A stretch of DNA of 54,768 nucleotides, the filler included, from Squatina squatina (lineage: Eukaryota), in NCBI GenBank assembly GCA_031763465.1. It is 3 parts of 3 records of this genome, joined end to end, with 100 filler letters (N's around TTAATTAATTAA, not from the genome) between each part and the next. Parts side by side here need not be neighbours in the genome. Positions count along the whole stretch, not along the records: positions 20,383 to 34,306 come from JARFOE010000192.1; 2 more parts are not named here. One strand, written 5' to 3'. The notes beneath the pieces are model-generated. The model ran no database searches. It was not told the origin of the DNA and saw only the letters and a program-made list of their open reading frames with translations. The stretch's first letter is position 1; the number at the start of each line of letters is the position of its first letter. The translations under genes were made by a program, and so were the position numbers. Below are positions 21,120 to 34,306 of the stretch, in pieces.

Positions 21120-21796
21120 CTGGAGTGAAGTAGAACAGAATCTTTTAACTTCCCTTCCAAGCGTAAATGTTATAATTTAATATAGGTCTAATAATCTACA
21201 CTAAAACCTCTAATGCAGATGCATACCTCTAAGAAACAAAAATGGTGGCACAATAAGCAACAGAGGAAGTGATCTTTTCTTACGTTTTATGTGATAGGGA
21301 TGAAGGAAGCAGTGATTGTTTGTCAACATCTTATGTGTGACAGGCGCACATCTCCCAAATAATGTATTAGATTTTATGTTGTGCGATTTTCTCTTCAGCT
21401 GAGCACTTGTTGTAGAGATAGTATTTCCCTTCCTCCCCCAATATTTTAAGTTCTTAAATTTATAAAAAGGCAGATGCCGGATATTAAGAAAAAGAAGTTG
21501 CTTTCTCACATGCAACAATTTCTAGTTATGAAAGGGATGAGAAGTTATGGGGTAAGACAGGCACAAATAATCAAATACTCTACAGCATACAATGACTCCA
21601 GGCCTGCTAGAGAATGTTTTGTGTAGAATGCAACAACATAGGGCTGCCTAATGTTAGGTTAATATATCAGGAATTTCTGGCAGCACAGCAATGTACATCG
21701 CTTAACAGCTTGCCGTACAGCAGCACGGACAGGCTATCCTTTTGGCAGGGAAGGGTGAATAGAATAAGAGGAAGATGCTAAAGGAGAGGATGTGGG

Positions 21797-21956
21797 CAAT
21801 GTTCCCGCTAAGGTGCACGCATGTGTGGCTATGCAGTAGTCTGAAAGGTCCCATCCCGCGCAGGCCACTCACCGGATTTTACACTGTAAATACTGCGTAC
21901 GCGCAGAAATTTATAGGGACTGCATATTAAAAGAAACGCAGAACTCGGGAACATTG
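21797..21956. mobile_element. 160-bp hAT-type MITE
   Basis: TIR CAATGTTCCC/GGGAACATTG; perfect 8-bp TSD GATGTGGG at 21789-21796 and 21957-21964. Confidence 0.85.
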
Positions 21957-22476
21957 GATGTGGGTAGAAGGGGGAAGTAGAATCTTCTGTCCATTTGAGT
22001 CCAGAGAATTTTGCAGCTCTTCTGTTTTTTTGGGGGTGTTTTCTTTCCTGGAAGTTTTATGGCAAGTTATTTGCCTTTCTCAATATAGTAAGTCATAGAG
22101 GATGCATACCAATGCAAGGTTTTGCACAGTTCTTTTGAAAGAGCGGATTTGTTGAACCAACTAATTTTTACCTCATATTCTTGGTAATCAACAATGATTT
22201 GGATTTTCAGCCACTTTGATGGTAACAATTTATTGCACAAATTTCACTGTAATGTTTATGCAATAAATGTAAACATATAAACAATTTTGATGAATCTGTT
22301 CCACTCGGTAACAAGTATGACAAAGAAATGGGATGCTTCTCATGTAAAAAACAAAAATCTAGAAAGATACACAGTCNNNNNNNNNNNNNNNNNNNNNNNN
22401 NNNNNNNNNNNNNNNNNNNNNNNNNNNNNNNNNNNNNNNNNNNNNNNNNNNNNNNNNNNNNNNNNNNNNNNNNNNN

Positions 22477-23072
22477 AACAACACGTTTAATTTGGAGGAA
22501 GTAAGTGGAGTCAAAGGAGAAGTTGTTCAATGTGAGATCAAGTTCAGCCAGGCGGAAGAGGGTGGTGGTGGATGGGTACTGGTTGGGCCTCTGTTCAAGG
22601 AAGGAGCGGAGTGCCCTCAGGCCGACCTGGTGGGGGATGGATGTGTAGAGGAATTGGACGTCCATGGTGAAAAGAAGATGGCAGGGAACTGGGAACTGTT
22701 AAAGTGACGGAGGGTGTGGAAGTCTCGCAGATGTAGTTGGTAAGAGACTGGATAAGGGAAGAAAAAATAGAGTCGAGATAGGAAGAAATCAGTTCTGTGG
22801 GGCAAGAATCGGCTGAAACAATGGGTTTACCAGGGCCATCCTGTTTGTGGATCTTGGGAAGTAGGCAGAAGCAGGATGTGCGGGGTTGGAAGACTATGAG
22901 GTTGACGGCCATGGAGGGAAGATCTCCAGAGGAGATGAGGTCAGTGACAGTGTTGGAAATGATGGCTTGATGTTTTGTAGTCGGGTCATGGTCCAGGGCC
23001 GAGGAAGAAGGAGGTGTCAGAGAGTTGGTGTTCACCCTCCGCAAGGTAGAGGTTGGTGCGCCAAACAATAAC
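22477..23072 (-). mobile_element. Penelope-like retroelement RT fragment
   Basis: LPKIHK...PGKPIVS...PTELISSYLD and MDVQFLYTSIPH...LTLNNFSFD motifs, frameshifted. Confidence 0.9.
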
Positions 23073-23932
23073 NNNNNNNNNNNNNNNNNNNNNNNNNNNN
23101 NNNNNNNNNNNNNNNNNNNNNNNNNNNNNNNNNNNNNNNNNNNNNNNNNNNNNNNNNNNNNNNNNNNNNNNNCTGTTCAATGGGGTGAGGGGTAATCCCA
23201 CACAACTTACAAGGCCCAAAACCTGAACTCTCCACAACTTGGGAGGCTGGAGGTAAGTTCGGAAATGTTTCACAGGTCGGCGGGGTTCTCCGGAGGTATG
23301 CCTCCAACTACAATTTGAAGGCCATGTATCACAGCAGCCAAAGCTGTTTCTGTGATAAGGTCTTTTCTATCAGCACAGTAGAGCAATGAGGATATTAAGC
23401 ACTGGCTATGCAATAGTGCATCAGTGTTAATCCAGAGTAGGGCTTGCTTTTTCAGACCAGCTGCTGATTTACACAGATCAATGAAGCACATTTTGCTGAC
23501 ATCTCAATCACACACAATCATAAGCCCNNNNNNNNNNTCACTAAATGCAGGAAGAATGTCCTCTGTGCATAGCACAGACATTTTGTGCTATCTGCCATTT
23601 CATTTTCAAAGTCAGTTGAACAGCTGTCTTCTCATATTTGCTACTGGTGTAACTGTGTAATTTATATTGGCATCTCACTCATTACATAGCAGTGTGAGAC
23701 GTGCTAATGTCTGGTCCTGTACATCAATCTTTTCATCAGGCCAATGCCCTCCTCTGCAGCACTCTTTGCCAATCATTATTTAATCTTGCCTGTGCCACAG
23801 CCTGCTCTCTGGTCATTAATATCAAGAGCTGTGTTTTCAAATCAGGTTGTTTTCTATAAATCAATTGGGAGAATTTTGGGGGGAAGATTTTGAGGTCTCC
23901 TGCCCGGTGGAAACAGGACAGCAGCACACCGA

Positions 23933-24060
23933 AAATGGTGGGGGAATGATTTACAACCGCATTCTTGTCGTCACTGTGACCACTGCCATCTTTCTCCGGG
24001 CTTAGCATTGGGCCACCACAGTGATGATAAGAACACAGTGGTAAGTCATTCTTCACCACT
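23933..24060. repeat. imperfect inverted repeat (MITE-like core)
   Basis: gaatgatttacaaccgcattcttgtcgtcactgtg pairs with cacagtgatgataagaacacagtggtaagtcattc. Confidence 0.65.
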
Positions 24061-25123
24061 CTTGGGGCGACAACCCAAAAATCACAGTTTCAGCTGGCGG
24101 TTAAGTTGTATTGTAATTTGTGCAGCAAGACTGAGCAAGAGTGGTCCTTCGCACTCCATAAACTATCCTGGGCTGCTACCTCTCCGAGTCCCTCCTGACC
24201 CTGAGATTGGACCCCTCACCATGGACCTACCATCTTCCGGCCCAGAGACCAGCTGGACTGCTCAATATTGCAGCAGTATGGAGTCAGCGAGCTGTCTCAG
24301 GGCACTTCTTTTCTGCCCACAGCCCACCGGCATCACGCTGTTGGGGGATGGCCCTCAGAATGAACCGGGCCTCCTGTCATGCCTATCAGGTGGACGTGCT
24401 CCACCAGCTGGACACTGGGGACAAACTGTGTCGGATCTTCAGTTTCAGCGGCTACATTATTAAACAGGTTCATAAGAGATTTCTGCTGCCATTTTACAAG
24501 CCATAGAATATTTTTGGCATTCATATTAAACTAAATTAAATTGGCACAAATCTCAGAACTGTATAATTTGCTGTTAAATTACTATAAGAATTCCACAATT
24601 TACCAAGGCAATTATGTAACTAAGAAGTTATGATTAATTCAGTTATCCCATGAGACTTTCTGCTATGTTTTTGATTACAGTAAATAACCTTGGAAAATGT
24701 AACAGCGAGTTGTGCACTCTCCTTTAATTTATTGCCGACCCACATATTATTCAGTCTGTACAGTCATCATTTACTCCATTTCGTTTTTATGTAAATCCAC
24801 AGCATAGCCTATTTCATATTGGTCCCTGTGCTATTTCTGTTCAGTAATTGGTTGTGCAATATCTCTTTACAGCTTATGAGAAGGTGATCCTATTGCCTGG
24901 ACATAATAATCATTTACTATCTGGCAAGTCTCATAGCAGATGGCAGTATAGTATTGAATTGGCTGTTGGTCAAGAAATTTTAATTGCATTTTTAGATACA
25001 ACTGTCAATTGCCACGATGTAGGNNNNNNNNNNNNNNNNNNNNNNNNNNNNNNNNNNNNNNNNNNNNNNNNNNNNNNNNNNNNNNNNNNNNNNNNNNNNN
25101 NNNNNNNNNNNNNNNNNNNNNNN

Positions 25124-25238
25124 TCACTGTTGATTAACCCAGTGGAATTGCGTGATGATGGTGAATATACCATCAAAGTGACTGTCTCTGGAGTGAAGGT
25201 GGCATCAGCTAGTCGACAACTGACGGTTCATGTCAACG
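25124..25238 (+). CDS. HEPACAM2: HEPACAM family member 2, 3' part of the IgV exon (5' part in gap)
   Basis: SLLINPVELRDDGEYTIKVTVSGVKVASASRQLTVHVN, phase-1 donor G|GTGAGT; resembles HEPACAM2 SLLINP..DEGNY. Confidence 0.75.
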
Positions 25239-26135
25239 GTGAGTAGATTTTCAAACTCCCTTTATCCAGCATTTATTTATTGGTTCAGAGTCTTGCCCAC
25301 AGGAAGTGCAGATCAGAAAGGTGAGCATATGCTTCCTGTGATTTTCCAATTTAATATAATTGCCCTTGAGGTACCATGTGTTCGTCAGTATGTTCAGACA
25401 GGGTTATTGGCTTGTCCTGAAATTTCTTTACTTACATTAACTGTACCTTAGAAGGAGCTGCACTTCCTGAAATAATTGTCTACTGATAGATTGCCGATTC
25501 CACAGGTACCATAAGACCATAAGAAGTAGGAGCAGGAGTAGGCCATTAGGCCCGTCGAGCCCGCTACGCCATTCATTTGGATCATGGCTGATACGTTTAG
25601 GTCTCCCAAAGTATTATCTTAATATGTGACAGGTCTCAGTGTAGCTTTCTGCAGAGCGAGATTCAGATTCAAGTTGATACAGGAGGAATATTTTGGCAGT
25701 ACCTATCCCACACTCAATAATCAGTCGTGAGAGAGAATTTCACAGAACACTGCTCACAATATGTGCAGCTACTTCGGGAATGTTTCAAAGTTTCTTTAGT
25801 TCAATCCCTTCTACTGTTGCAAAGTTGCGACTCAAGTGGATAGGGCTTGTAAGAAGGCATATGGTATCCTAGCGTTCATTAGCAGAGNNNNNNNNNNNNN
25901 NNNNNNNNNNNNNNNNNNNNNNNNNNNNNNNNNNNNNNNNNNNNNNNNNNNNNNNNNNNNNNNNNNNNNNNNNNNNNNNNNNNNNNNATCCACTCAAGGC
26001 CATGGGTGCACGGCTCTAATGCCACTCCTGACAAATGGGATGAAGTGTGAATTGACACTCACATGTGATACTGAGTCAAACCCTTAGTTGCTGGAACTAA
26101 AATACAAATAAAATGAATATACTTACATTTATATA

Positions 26136-26332
26136 GGGGTCATTTTTTATCTTCACGGCATGGATGATAATCTGGGACTGCAGATCACCTGCCCATTGTA
26201 GAACCACCCCCACCCACCCCCCTCCCCCCGTGAATTTCATTCCAGTTATTTCAATGGAATGAAAAGTGGATGGGTTCTGTTACAGCCAGGCAATCAGATT
26301 ACCACCCATGCCCTGAAAATTATAATTTACCC
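26136..26332. mobile_element. palindromic MITE, Harbinger-like
   Basis: Long imperfect TIRs (ggggtcattttttatcttcacggcatgg / ccatgccctgaaaattataatttaccc); ATA on both sides. Confidence 0.65.
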
Positions 26333-26434
26333 ATAGAGTCTCATCACATTGTCCAAAAATCTCAAAGCATTTCACAAAATGAATTAAGATTTCTTATTGT
26401 TCCAGTAATCATTCCTTCACTTAAACTTTTTCAG

Positions 26435-26731
26435 ATGGTCCTTATGATTTGATGGTGAAGTCTGAACCTCGATTCAAAGTTAGTGAAGGAGTGTTTGCTG
26501 TTGGCAAAGGAGAGCCGGTCTGGTTTAAATGTTCAGCAAATTCCAACCCACCAAATGTCTATTCATGGTTTCAAAAAGCCAACAACAAGACAACACCCAT
26601 CCAGTGGGGGCCGGTGTTAAATATCAAGTCCGAAAAAGTTCCTGAGAAAGCCGACTACATGTGTTGCGTCTACAACAATATCACTGGCAAACGGGATGAA
26701 ACTCAATTCACACTCATACTTTCAGCTACTG
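26435..26731 (+). CDS. HEPACAM2: HEPACAM2 third Ig-domain exon
   Basis: 297-nt phase 1-1 exon: GPYDLMVKS...FKCSANSNPPNVYSW...DYMCCVYNNITGKRDETQFTLI; matches HEPACAM2 DYVCCAYNNITGRQDETHF. Confidence 0.88.
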
Positions 26732-27289
26732 GTATGTATGAGCTTGTTAATATCAACTCATTAAAAGCAGCTTTTTACAGATAATGTGATAATGATTGTT
26801 TTTAAAACTGATTTAAATAGTCATAAATAGAACATCACTTGAATGGCAGATTAATTGGATAGAAATGGAATTTGAAGTGGATTAAATTGATTATATTGTT
26901 GATTGTATTTTGAATAAGTAATAATTTTCAAACACACAATGAATTTATTCCATTATGTGAATGAGGCATCTTCTGAGAATCATAGTTTTGCCTTTTGGAA
27001 CGTTAACTCAAGATTATTGGCAAATAAGTGAACTGATTGTGTGGCAAGGGACTGTGACCTTACAGCCCAGGTACAAACAAGAAATAGCCCTCCCTTATTG
27101 AGTGGGTCAATTTAGTTGTTGAAATAGCAGCTGCATTGAACATCAGTGAACCGAGCACCAGGTTTCTGATTATTAATTTGTATTGCATTAGACTCAGATG
27201 TCTTTTCTACATAATGTGTGAATTGCAATACTGTTACATCTAGGATTCTTAAACTTGACCAGCAAGAATCCAATACTGACTTTGCATAG

Positions 27290-27512
27290 AATTATATAAA
27301 ATGTTACACTACAGAAACAGGTCATTCAGCCTAACTGGTCTCTGCAGGTGATTATGCTCCACACGAGCCTCCTCCCACTCACTCCACCATCATATCCTTC
27401 TATTCCTTTCTCCTTCATGTACTTATCTAGCTTCCCCTTAAATGCATCTATACTAATCACCTCAACCATTCCATGTGGTAGTGAGTTCCACATTCTCGCC
27501 ACTCTGGATAAA
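27290..27512 (-). mobile_element. CR1 3' fragment
   Basis: Minus-strand translation RVARMWNSLPHGMVEVISIDAFKGKLDKYM. Confidence 0.8.
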
Positions 27513-28604
27513 NNNNNNNNNNNNNNNNNNNNNNNNNNNNNNNNNNNNNNNNNNNNNNNNNNNNNNNNNNNNNNNNNNNNNNNNNNNNNNNNNNNNNNNN
27601 NNNNNNNNNNNNGCACGAGGAAACCCCACTCGGCCACCCATATCTGAAAGCAACTGGTTTGTCCGCAAACTTTTAAGTTACTAAACAAGTACTTCAGCAA
27701 CAGCCAGACCACTCCCTGTAGACTATTGAAACCTTAAAAGAGGACGGAAAAGCACCCAAAACACATATAATTACAACAACAGCCAGAAGATAAAATCCAG
27801 CAACTAACCTGTAAGTAGTTGACGATCCCTTTAAATAGCTCTGGGATGTATTCAGCTGTGAGACATTAAGAAAGGGTGTAGGCTGGAATGTGAAGTTCCA
27901 AAATGGCAGTGCTGGCATCACCTCAGCTTTGCTTGCTAATTCACATCATAATCTGCCTGTTCTGCATACTGCCAGTGGTTGTTAGGTGCATGTGTGCACG
28001 CAAACCTCTTTTCGTCGGTAATGCGCGCGCGTCATGGACACCATTTTCTAGTTTTAGTGGACTCATGGCATTCAAAAAAACCAGGCACTACGGAGCCCAA
28101 TTTCACCCCGAAAGTTTCTGAGTAAGTTATTTGTTGTGGTTTATCAATTGCCCTAATTACAAATAATAACAGATTTCAGAGGTATCAGACAATCTTGGGG
28201 TTCAGATGAATGTTTTGCCTCCACTACATCTCTTAATCATCACTGCCTTCTACAATTTTGCAGAATTTTACTATCTGACTTTGGGATTAATTGACATGTA
28301 TTTCTTGATTTATCCCATCTGAACCTGTTGAGCCCTGCTTTACACATTCACACACTCGCACACCTTTTTAATCGTGGTGGTGTTTTGCAATCTGGGCCTT
28401 AGCCCTTTGTGGAGGTTTCTCAATTTCAAAAGAAACACTAGTTTTACTTTTGTGATTGACAATATAGTCTGAAGTGATCATTATGTTGCTGCCTCCTAAT
28501 TATTTTCAGCTACCTATTGTTCCATATATCCCAAAATTACTGAAAAATAGAATTAACTATGTTCAGAAGTACAAACACAGTAACTCGTAGTTTTTCAATG
28601 TTAT

Positions 28605-28790
28605 GCTACTGGAATGGTAATCTAGAGAACCTGAGTTCAAATCCCACTATGATGCTATGAAAATTTGAATTCAGTTTTAAAAATCTGGAAATTAAAAAAA
28701 GATGGTATTTGTAAACGTGACGATGTAGCTGTCTGATCCTCATAAAACCCAACTGGTTCACTAATATCGTTCAGGGAAGGGAACCTCCTC
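28605..28790 (+). mobile_element. tRNA-headed SINE, degenerate
   Basis: B-box-like gagttcaaatccc followed by a body ending aaaacccaactggttcactaat...agggaaggg. Confidence 0.55.
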
Positions 28791-30294
28791 TGCTAATCGT
28801 TAGGAAGCTCATTTACCAGTTGGTCTCTCTGACTATTTTCACACCCTCCTAAAATGGGGTGCTCTAACCTAAAGATCTAGCGTTCTAGGTCATTAGCATC
28901 AATGAATGTGTGTTTTGACAACAAACTGTACTGACAGCCAAGGTCAGACACCAAAAAACAGATCTTCTTACAGACCAGCATTTTGGTGAATCAAAAAGAA
29001 GCATTTGTTCCCAAGAAAGAAAAATACTGATGCAATTTGTAAACATTTATTTATCTATAAAGTTCTATCAATGTATTGCATTTAACTATCAAGGTTTCAG
29101 CAGAAAATGCAATATTTAAATGAGAATATGTTTGATGACTATATTTCATTTTTAAGATTGTATTTACACTTAAACTTCCTTTGTCATTCTGTGTCGGCAT
29201 TGGTTTACATTTTCAATAAGGTTTTTAATTGTATAATGATATGCAACATATAGAAAGAAATTTAAAAGACAAATCTATATCTGAATCCAGCCCAGATTGG
29301 AGGGATGATAGTGTCCCCTCTGTTAGCAATCAGGATCCTAACCCAATTAGTTTGGAGAGCTTCAATGCTGTTCCTAGTTGTCACAATATCACAGTGCAAA
29401 GCTGTGGATTATTTAACAGTTGTTGGCATTAAATTGATAATCTAACCCTGAGAGGCCATAATAGCAGCTCGTTTAGCAACTGAAAATATCACTCGAGCTG
29501 TAGAGATGGTCCTCTGGTATTGGGGCTGAGGCACATTATTGTTAGAATTTTATCCTGCACACTACTTTGATAGACTTGACCTGGGAGTCCTCAATACTGA
29601 CACTGGACACACAAAGTAGAAAAGTGTTCCATTTCCCAGCACTGATAACCCTCACTTTGTAAAACACAAAAAAACAAATTCAAAATCCCTAATTCTGAAT
29701 TGGTACAATATATTTTATTCCAGACTACCAAAGATATTGATTAGTAAACCTAATACTTAATCACAACATGTATATTTTTTAAATTGTTTAGTGTGACGTA
29801 TGCATTTATCTGAATCAGGGAAAGTATGTAAAGGTGTGCACGTTATCCAACAGAGGATTTTTAAACTTAAAAGCATTAAAGGTACATAATTGAAAAATAG
29901 CTTTANNNNNNNNNNNNNNNNNNNNNNNNNNNNNNNNNNNNNNNNNNNNNNNNNNNNNNNNNNNNNNNNNNNNNNNNNNNNNNNNNNNNNNNNNNNNNNN
30001 NNNNNATATTAAAGAAGCTGTGTTCCCTAATTTAGCATGGGTTTTGGTTGAGTTAATTATATCATAATTAGTCTATAGTTTTAATGATTAATTTCCCAAA
30101 TACAAATACACAATCTTATTAATCTGCCAGAATTTTTGCAGGAAAAAGCCTTATGCAGGGCACCACCTCAATGCACAGCTGATATTTCAAAATGTGTTGG
30201 CATTTTGAATGTTGTCGGAGAGGCATGCTATTTTGCTTTAGTGTACTCCGTTAATATTCATTAAAGCATGATGTCATAATATCAGTATAGTATT

Positions 30295-30406
30295 GGGGAT
30301 AATTTTCACCTTCACTGCTGGAATGAAAATAAGGCAACTTCGACAACGGGTGGGCAATCCACTTTGCCAGATTACTGCCCAGATGGCGAAGGTGAAAATG
30401 ATCCCC
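30295..30406. mobile_element. 112-bp Harbinger-like MITE
   Basis: TIR GGGGATAATTTTCACCTTC / GAAGGTGAAAATGATCCCC; 3-bp TSD ATT. Confidence 0.78.
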
Positions 30407-30411
30407 ATTGT

Positions 30412-30601
30412 TAGGGTGAACAGATATTTAGAACTCAAAACTGGGGCAAAACTAACCTTCCACCAAAGGCGCTGCCATCTTGGACTCCCCTCAGTCACTG
30501 CGCAGTCGCACGCACAACCAGGTCTGTCGGGACTGCAATTTTCAAACAATTGTTGCGACACCGGGACATTTGGTGAAAAACCGAGACGTCTGGTCACCCT
30601 A
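30412..30601. mobile_element. 190-bp hAT MITE (Blackjack-like TIR)
   Basis: TIR TAGGGTGAACAGA / TCTGGTCACCCTA; 8-bp TSD CCCATTGT at 30404-30411 and 30602-30609. Confidence 0.85.
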
Positions 30602-30669
30602 CCCATTGTTGATGTCAAGTGGCATCTTCTGACAGAAAGTAGCGCCTTACAACTATGTAATTGGCTGGC

Positions 30670-30790
30670 ACGTTTCCCACATTAGAACAGTGATGACACT
30701 TCAAAAAGTACTTCATTGGTTGTAAAATGCTTTGAGACGTCCGGTGGTCGTGCAACGTGCTATATAAATCCAAGTATTTCTTTTTCTTTT
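30670..30790 (+). mobile_element. SINE/L2-type 3' tail
   Basis: acttcattggttgtaaaatgctttgagacgtcc...gctatataaatccaagt; a similar tail occurs at about 42300-42400. Confidence 0.6.
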
Positions 30791-31256
30791 AGTTAAAAGC
30801 ATGCATCCAACACCCATCTGNNNNNNNNNNNNNNNNNNNNNNNNNNNNNNNNNNNNNNNNNNNNNNNNNNNNNNNNNNNNNNNNNNNNNNNNNNNNNNNN
30901 NNNNNNNNNNNNNNNNNNNNTTCTATGTTTATGCTTCACCTTTGGTGGATGTCCTCTGAGCCACCTTGGTCTCTGGAATTCCCTTCCTTTCCACTTTTGT
31001 CTCCTTTTCACAGCTGGTCTTAAAATGCACTATTTTGATTAGCTTTTGGTCACACTTCCTACTCTCTCCTCCTTAGGCCACTATGTAGCATCTTTGGATG
31101 TTTTGCTGTGTTAAAGATGCTGTATAAATCCAAGTTGTTGTATTGGCATCAGGAATGTTTTTATTATAAAAATAGCTTGAAGAAATTTTGTTTCAAATTT
31201 AGTTACATATTTATTTGTCTAGTTTGAAACAGTTTTGGTGATTTTTGTCTTGACAG

Positions 31257-31374
31257 GCAGCTAAATATTGCAAAGGAAGGCTTTACACAAGCCAGCCTGG
31301 GGCTGCTTGCTAATCAAAGAAAGAGACAACTGTTGATTGGACTGCTGAAGTCTTTGCGCACAATTAAAACATTG
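31257..31374 (+). CDS. VPS50: VPS50 (syndetin/CCDC132) exon
   Basis: [43 protein letters not shown] bounded. Confidence 0.92.
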
Positions 31375-31469
31375 GTATATCATTTTTGCCTATTCAAATT
31401 CAGCTTGTTTTTATTTTTTTATTTTCAGTGAAATATTTCCACTGAATCTTTTATTTTGTCTTTTTACAG

Positions 31470-31505
31470 CAAAGAACTGATGTACGGTTAAGTGAGATGT
31501 TGGAG
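31470..31505 (+). CDS. VPS50: VPS50 36-nt exon
   Basis: QRTDVRLSEMLE, in frame with the previous exon, tttacag/gtaagt. Confidence 0.9.
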
Positions 31506-34020
31506 GTAAGTAATCATTATTCAAATGCACGTAACACAAGGTAGTGGGAAATGGAAGTGCACTGGCAGCAGTATTTCCAAATCCTAAATTTTCACACATC
31601 TGAAGTAAATTTCTAAAAATTTTACCATACCCATCTACATGATTAGACCATTGGCTAGAAACTGTGGTCAGAAGCGTACCTCTGGAATTTGCCTCTAACC
31701 TGCAAAACCTTTACGAATCTACTTCCAGGCGCCCAGGCTGCGTAGGGTTTCAGTCTTGGCCCTCGAGGCAGACAGCAATGTAAAGGCCCATGGATCCCAG
31801 GTTCAGAAGCGCCCTGGGATCACGTAAGCCTGGTCCTTCAATCACAAAGGAGGATTCCATTGCACTAATGTATGAAGAGAATCCCCTGATGATATGTAAT
31901 CGAATCCCCAAATAATTACACAGTGTCCATAATTCTCATGANNNNNNNNNNNNNNNNNNNNNNNNNNNNNNNNNNNNNNNNNNNNNNNNNNNNNNNNNNN
32001 NNNNNNNNNNNNNNNNNNNNNNNNNNNNNNNNNNNNNNNNNATATGACAGTAGCCCAGGATAACTTTCATTTTTCCCCATTCCTTAAGGAGAAGTATCTT
32101 GCTTTTCTTCTTGCACTGGAAATTGTTTTTTTAATTGGGATGGTTTTTGGAGATTTTTTTTTTAAATTGCTGTTTTGCTCAAGAGAATGTTGATTCTGCT
32201 ACTAATCCAGAATTCACAGGACAACTCGCGATCATCAGAATACTTTTCAATTGAATTGAAGGAAAGAGATTTCTCATTATGGGTTGAAAAGGTTTTTAAA
32301 AAAAGAGCTTTCTGAAAAGTTAATTGCTAACCAAACTGTTAATTGGTTATTATTACAGTATGTGATTCAAAAAGTCTTTAAAAAATGTTCCACAGACTGC
32401 AATGGACCAGTTACACATGCACTTCACTCAGGCGATTCATAACACAGTGTTCCAGGTTGTCCTTGGGTATGTGGAGTTGTGTGCAGGAAATTCTGACACC
32501 AAGTTTCAGAAGCTCCAATATAAGGATCTTTGCACGGTATGTATTTTATCATCTTATTATCCAGTGTAACTTCACTTGGAGAGCAAAAACTTTGTGTATA
32601 TGTTTAAGTTAAAAATCCTGCTTTTCAAGGTGAATTCAATTCATGGAACAGCAAAATAAATACCCATTATATCTCTAATGCAACTAACATTTAAGCTAAT
32701 GCACCCAGTTGCCAAAAAGAGCNNNNNNNNNNNNNNNNNNNNNNNNNNNNNNNNNNNNNNNNNNNNNNNNNNNNNNNNNNNNNNNNNNNNNNNNNNNNNN
32801 NNNNNNNNNNNNNNNNNNNNNNAACGTCATTGAGGTCAGGCGGGGGTGGGTGTTGGTGGAAAAGCTATCAACGAAAGATGGGTGGAGTGCCTCAGCGGGA
32901 GGTGTGAAAAGCGCCTCAGTCGGAGGGGGAATGCGAAGTGCTTTCATAGGGGAGGCTCAATTCTTATGTTTTTTTAAGTCAGTCAGGAGGCTCTTTTTTT
33001 AAAAAGAGCATTCCGAAGCCTTATTTTTTTTCACATTGCTGGGGCATGATTTATTTATATATAAATAAATAGGTTCATCTCAATTATGATGAATTCAATG
33101 TTACTTATAAATCACCTGGTAGATACATTGGATTTCATGCTAGACACTGGACAGCTGGTCAGCTATGCTTTGCCTGATTAATTCATGCCAGAATCCCAAA
33201 CTTTGGTGAAAGAGAAAGAGTACAAAGTTTCGCACTGAAAGGTGGTATATATTTAAGTAAATATACATGTGAAGTACATTGCCTATATTGTGTGTAAGGC
33301 ACTTTGTACTAGAATTCGTGCATGTGGCTAAAACGGTGTTGCTGTAGCCATGTCTGCCAATCCGTAATTTGTAATGGACAGTACTGGGTAAGGCATTTTA
33401 AATCAAACCAACAAGCATTACAACATTTAAAATTGGGTCGGAATCAAATGGGTGCATTAGAACACAACCTTTTTAACTTGGCATCTAGGGTTGAATCCTG
33501 TCCCGGCAAATAGGATATTAATCTCTTCCATCTGCCGACCACAGGAATCCTAATTAAAATGGGTTTGGGCAGTTGACTCATTGCCCGGTTTTACCAATTG
33601 ATTTTATGAATTTCAAGTCTCATTTAAGTGAAAGTTTTCAAGTGTTTTTATTCACTACTTGCTACCGTTTCATAATTTCTAGAACTTGCATTTTTTGTGC
33701 ACAGCACAGATGTATTTGTTGTATAGTTGTAAAAGAAAAAGAAAAACAGTCCTCAAATATAATCTCTTTCCTAGATCCAAATAGGAGTGTAATGCCCATT
33801 CAGTTCAGTTCTTTTCGGACCTAACAGTGGGATTTGGGAAACCCTTATGTCTAACTAATATTGTCGTGACTACCAACGTAACTCAAAATCTTGTCTTTCT
33901 ACAAGCAATGAAATGTAATTCAGGGCTGCTTTTGTGACTTTAAACTCTGAAATTATGAAGCTAAGATTTAAATTGAGTTCATATATTATACAGACTGACT
34001 GTTATATTCTTGTTTTATAG

Positions 34021-34115
34021 GATGTTCAGTTGAAAGCAAAAACATACTTGCTTGGAACCGATTTATCCAATTTCAAGTATGATGATTTTATTTTTGTACT
34101 GGACATTATCAGCAG
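34021..34115 (+). CDS. VPS50: VPS50 exon
   Basis: [31 protein letters not shown](R), AG/GT bounded. Confidence 0.92.
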
Positions 34116-34209
34116 GTATTGTACAAAACTGACACGGTTTACTTTAATTCAACGTATTTTCATTAATTAAAGGTATTTTAAACTTCAACATTATTTGTTT
34201 GCAAACCAG

Positions 34210-34306
34210 ACTGATGCAAGTTGGCGAAGAATTTTGTGGCAGTAAATCAGAAGTGTTGCAGGAGTCTATTCGGAAACAAAGTGTCAATTATTTTAAAAGC
34301 TACCAC
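34210..34306 (+). CDS. VPS50: VPS50 exon, truncated at the linker
   Basis: [32 protein letters not shown], phase-compatible with the previous exon. Confidence 0.92.

Noticed and set aside
24008-24506. 151-aa and 99-aa ORFs in a GC-richer patch
   Set aside because: No recognisable domain or splice structure; probably a decayed repeat
27694-27921. Hydrophobic ORF as a candidate HEPACAM2 transmembrane exon
   Set aside because: Opposite strand to the HEPACAM2 exons and lies in repeat-like sequence ending in a MITE-type terminus near 28109
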